Source of the DNA: Adineta vaga
Lineage: Eukaryota > Animalia > Rotifera
Direction: 5' to 3'
Length of the DNA stretch: 64,000 nt
Assembly (NCBI GenBank): GCA_021613535.1
Contig: CP075494.1
Location: 744,001-808,000 of the forward strand
Shown: piece after piece, positions 61,101-64,000 of the stretch
How the letters are laid out: the number at the start of each line of letters is the position of its first letter
Numbering within the stretch: position 1 is the first letter of the stretch
Made by a program: the position numbers and the translations under genes
Notes under the pieces: generated by a model
The model's database searches: none
Told to the model about the DNA's origin: nothing
The model's input: the letters and a program-made list of their open reading frames with translations, nothing else

Positions 61101-64000
61101 TTAATGAACTAATACTTGTTTGATTTGAAAAAGTATAAATAACTTCAAATCGCCATAATTCAATCTCAGGATTCGATAAAAATAATTGATTTGTAGAAGT
61201 GAAATTAGTCGTACTTATTCCTATAATATTTAATAAAATCATCTCTTCTAATAAAATAAATACAATTTATTTACCAAAAAACCATATATTTTGATAAATA
61301 ATTGTTTGATTAAATAATATCCATTGAGTTAAATTTGAAGATGAATTGAATGCACTAAAATAAACTTCCCATTTGATATTTTGAATATTGACACAACTTC
61401 CATCACAAACTGAAAATAAAGCTACTTGAGTTGTTGGATTAACACGTTGAAATTCCATCTTTGGTTGACATAATGTCCATATAACACAACTAAAATCACG
61501 AAATGAAAATTTAAAAATAATTATTGAAAACAAAAAAGAAAATACCCAATTAAGATCATATTTGGACGAGTATCTTCAACTTTAACAAGAACATAACCTG
61601 TAGCTTGAAGAGAAGAATTTTGACGATTTTCCATTTTTACCATAAATTGATATGTTCGATTGTATTGAAGAGAACCAGAAAGTATTGTAAATGATGAATG
61701 AAAAGAATTATCAAATCTCCATCCTGCTCGATTTAATGATAAACATGATGGATTTGATAAATCATTTCTCATATCATCAATTGTTAATAATGAACCATAT
61801 AAATTTGGAAATGTTGATAATCCATAAATTCGACAGTAATATTTATATTTCCAATTCTATAAAACAAAGAAGATAATTGAAAAACTTAAATCTTCTAATA
61901 GAAAATTTACGGAAGCATTAAATGTGTTTCCATCACTATCAGTAGAATAACTTCCTGGATCTAATTGAAGATCTTGTTGATAACCACGTGTAACTATTGA
62001 TGTACCATATCGAATTAAATTTGGTGTTATATCTGATGGAGTTATTTGAATATAAGCAACTGAAGATGAAGCAATATTTGTTGCATTAATCATAGTTACA
62101 GTTAATTTCATTTCATATAAACCATAAGATAATATTTGTGATGGAATATATAATTCACTAAATGTTGTTATTATATTTGAATCAGATGGAATCTCTTGTA
62201 AACAAGATGGATTACATTTTTTGATTCTCCAACGAGTTATCATTGATGATGAACTATTACATTTTAATTCAATATATGAAACTATTGTAAAATCTTCACT
62301 ACGACGAAATTGAGTTGGTGATGATATTGTATTAGTATTGGGAATCAATGTTATTGAAGGTGGAAGACATACTATAGAATATGTACTTTTAGTGTTTTAT
62401 TTATAAATTTTGAATGATTAAAATAAAACCTTTGTGAAGACGAAATTTGTTTTTTCGGAATCGAAATTTCTTCTACACAAGACAAATTCCTCAAAACAAA
62501 GCTTTTTTTTCTAATACTGTCAGTGCTACGATCCCTATAAATGATTTTCTCTATAAACATTCATTGCTAACAAACCTTTTACAAATACCAGTGTTTTTAT
62601 ACTAGTAGTAGTTGTTGTCGTTTGAATTGCAGTTGGTACACTTTGATCTGAAATGAATTAAATATTTTAGTGAGAAGTTTTGAAATAGAAAGATTAGTCA
62701 ATTCTAAGCAGTGCCATTGGATTGTCAATGAACATAATATCAAAGATTTACTTACTACATGAATTCATTGATAAATGAAATTTCTGAATGCGATTATTGC
62801 TGGTATCCGTAACAAATATGTTTCCATTACTATCAAAACTAAGTGTCGTTGGATAATATAACTGATTCGATAAACTTCCCCCACCAGTGCATCCAACGAT
62901 ACATCGAAATCCGTTTGGTCCTGATCCAATGATACGATGATTGTTTCGTTCGACGATGAAAAGATATCCATCAGCATCAAGCGCAACTCCAGTTGGACGT
63001 GCAAGTGAAATTGTAACATTTGAAGATGAAGTGCCCGCTGCTGTAATTCCATTGAGTTGTCCCGATCGAAAGAGTTGAATTCGATTGTTGTAAGAATCTG
63101 CTACATATAAGTCGAAATTGATATCCACAAAGATTCCCCAAGGATAATAAAGCATAGATGAACCACTGCCAGCATAACCTATACCAGCAACAGCCGTCAC
63201 AGTGGATGAAATGTCGTATATCCATCTTTTCACAACTTGATGATAACTATACATTGAACAATAGAGAGTATCAGTAAGATCAACAAAAAGACCATAACAT
63301 ATTGAATTAATATACATGACAGGAACACTGGTATTTGTTAACATTGATCGTTTATCTACTCTTGCAGTCGCCCATACATTATCGATGTAAATATCGCCAT
63401 TTGTTGTGACAAAAAGTGAGTATGCATTCATATAGGTTCCATATATTGATTGTGTTGGAGTAATACTTGCATTCGACCATATTCGAATTCGATAACTGGA
63501 TCGATCAGCAACATAAATTGTGTTATTAGTTGAAACAAATATGCCATAAGGATATGTTCCAATTGTATAACTACTAGCAAAAGTGATTGCATTCGCACTC
63601 CATGTTGCATATGGATCAAGTTTCGGTTGATTATATGAAGCACCTAAATACAGTAAAACAATATAACGATAGAATCTCTATAAATCATATTTTGAATTTC
63701 GTTTGTTTGATACTACGTTTTATGATGTTATATCATGAAATATCGATCATAACTACCTGTTTGAATTCGTGGTACTACTACGACAGTTCGCTGGGTCGTT
63801 ATTGTAACTGAAGTATCAGATGGAAATGTGTTTGACAATGTGATCACTAAAAGAATATTTATTTTAATAAATAAATGAAACAGAATTTTCTCTTATCGTT
63901 ATTCATACTTGATGTGGCAGTTGTTTCTGAACGAAACGGAAAATTTTTAGGAAAAGCTCCATGATTATTTTCATTTTAGCGGACTCACCGTATGAATTTA
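55192..64000 (-). CDS. Polycystin-1-like (PKD1L/REJ) gene: NHL repeats, Thr-rich stalk, REJ, GPS, PLAT and polycystin channel domain; many exons; 5' end outside the window
   Basis: NHL 'LYYPWGIFVD..LYVADSYNNRIQ', REJ 'LDPGSYS.D', GPS 'CYY...WKSDG...TQCYSTHLTTF', PLAT 'FTG...AGT..IRIWHDNSG..WFL', 'FTRVQRCTCC', 'WIDNQTRA'. Confidence 0.93.

Overview
AT-rich eukaryotic DNA with short GT-AG introns. It is most consistent with a bdelloid rotifer (inference from orphan GPCRs, an NHL-repeat/polycystin gene, Penelope hammerheads and TGTGGG/TGAGGG telomere-like hexamers). Host genes occupy ~1-9.3 kb and ~38-64 kb: three GPCRs, SPRY, ZZ-finger, NAD-dependent reductase, claudin-like, TMEM272-like, a polycystin-1-like gene and several pseudogenes. 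A ~28-kb transposon island lies between them (9.6-38 kb). It starts with a Gypsy 3' remnant (LTR plus integrase), split by an apparently intact DDE/SWIM DNA transposon with 821-bp TIRs inserted at AAA^TTT with no visible TSD. Next is a decayed Penelope element with inverted hammerhead-bearing ends. The main candidate novelty is an ~18-kb element (19910-37965) bounded by inverted arrays of a 52-bp repeat. It encodes a KDZ-type (CxC5/CxC6) transposase, a DUF3987-like AAA+ helicase, a class-I viral-fusion (env/F-like) glycoprotein, an SGNH esterase and a small membrane glycoprotein, i.e. a possible envelope-bearing, virus-like DNA transposon. A second theme is ~10 short head-to-head telomere-like palindromes in non-coding DNA. 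All family assignments come from motif recognition by eye; no searches were run.
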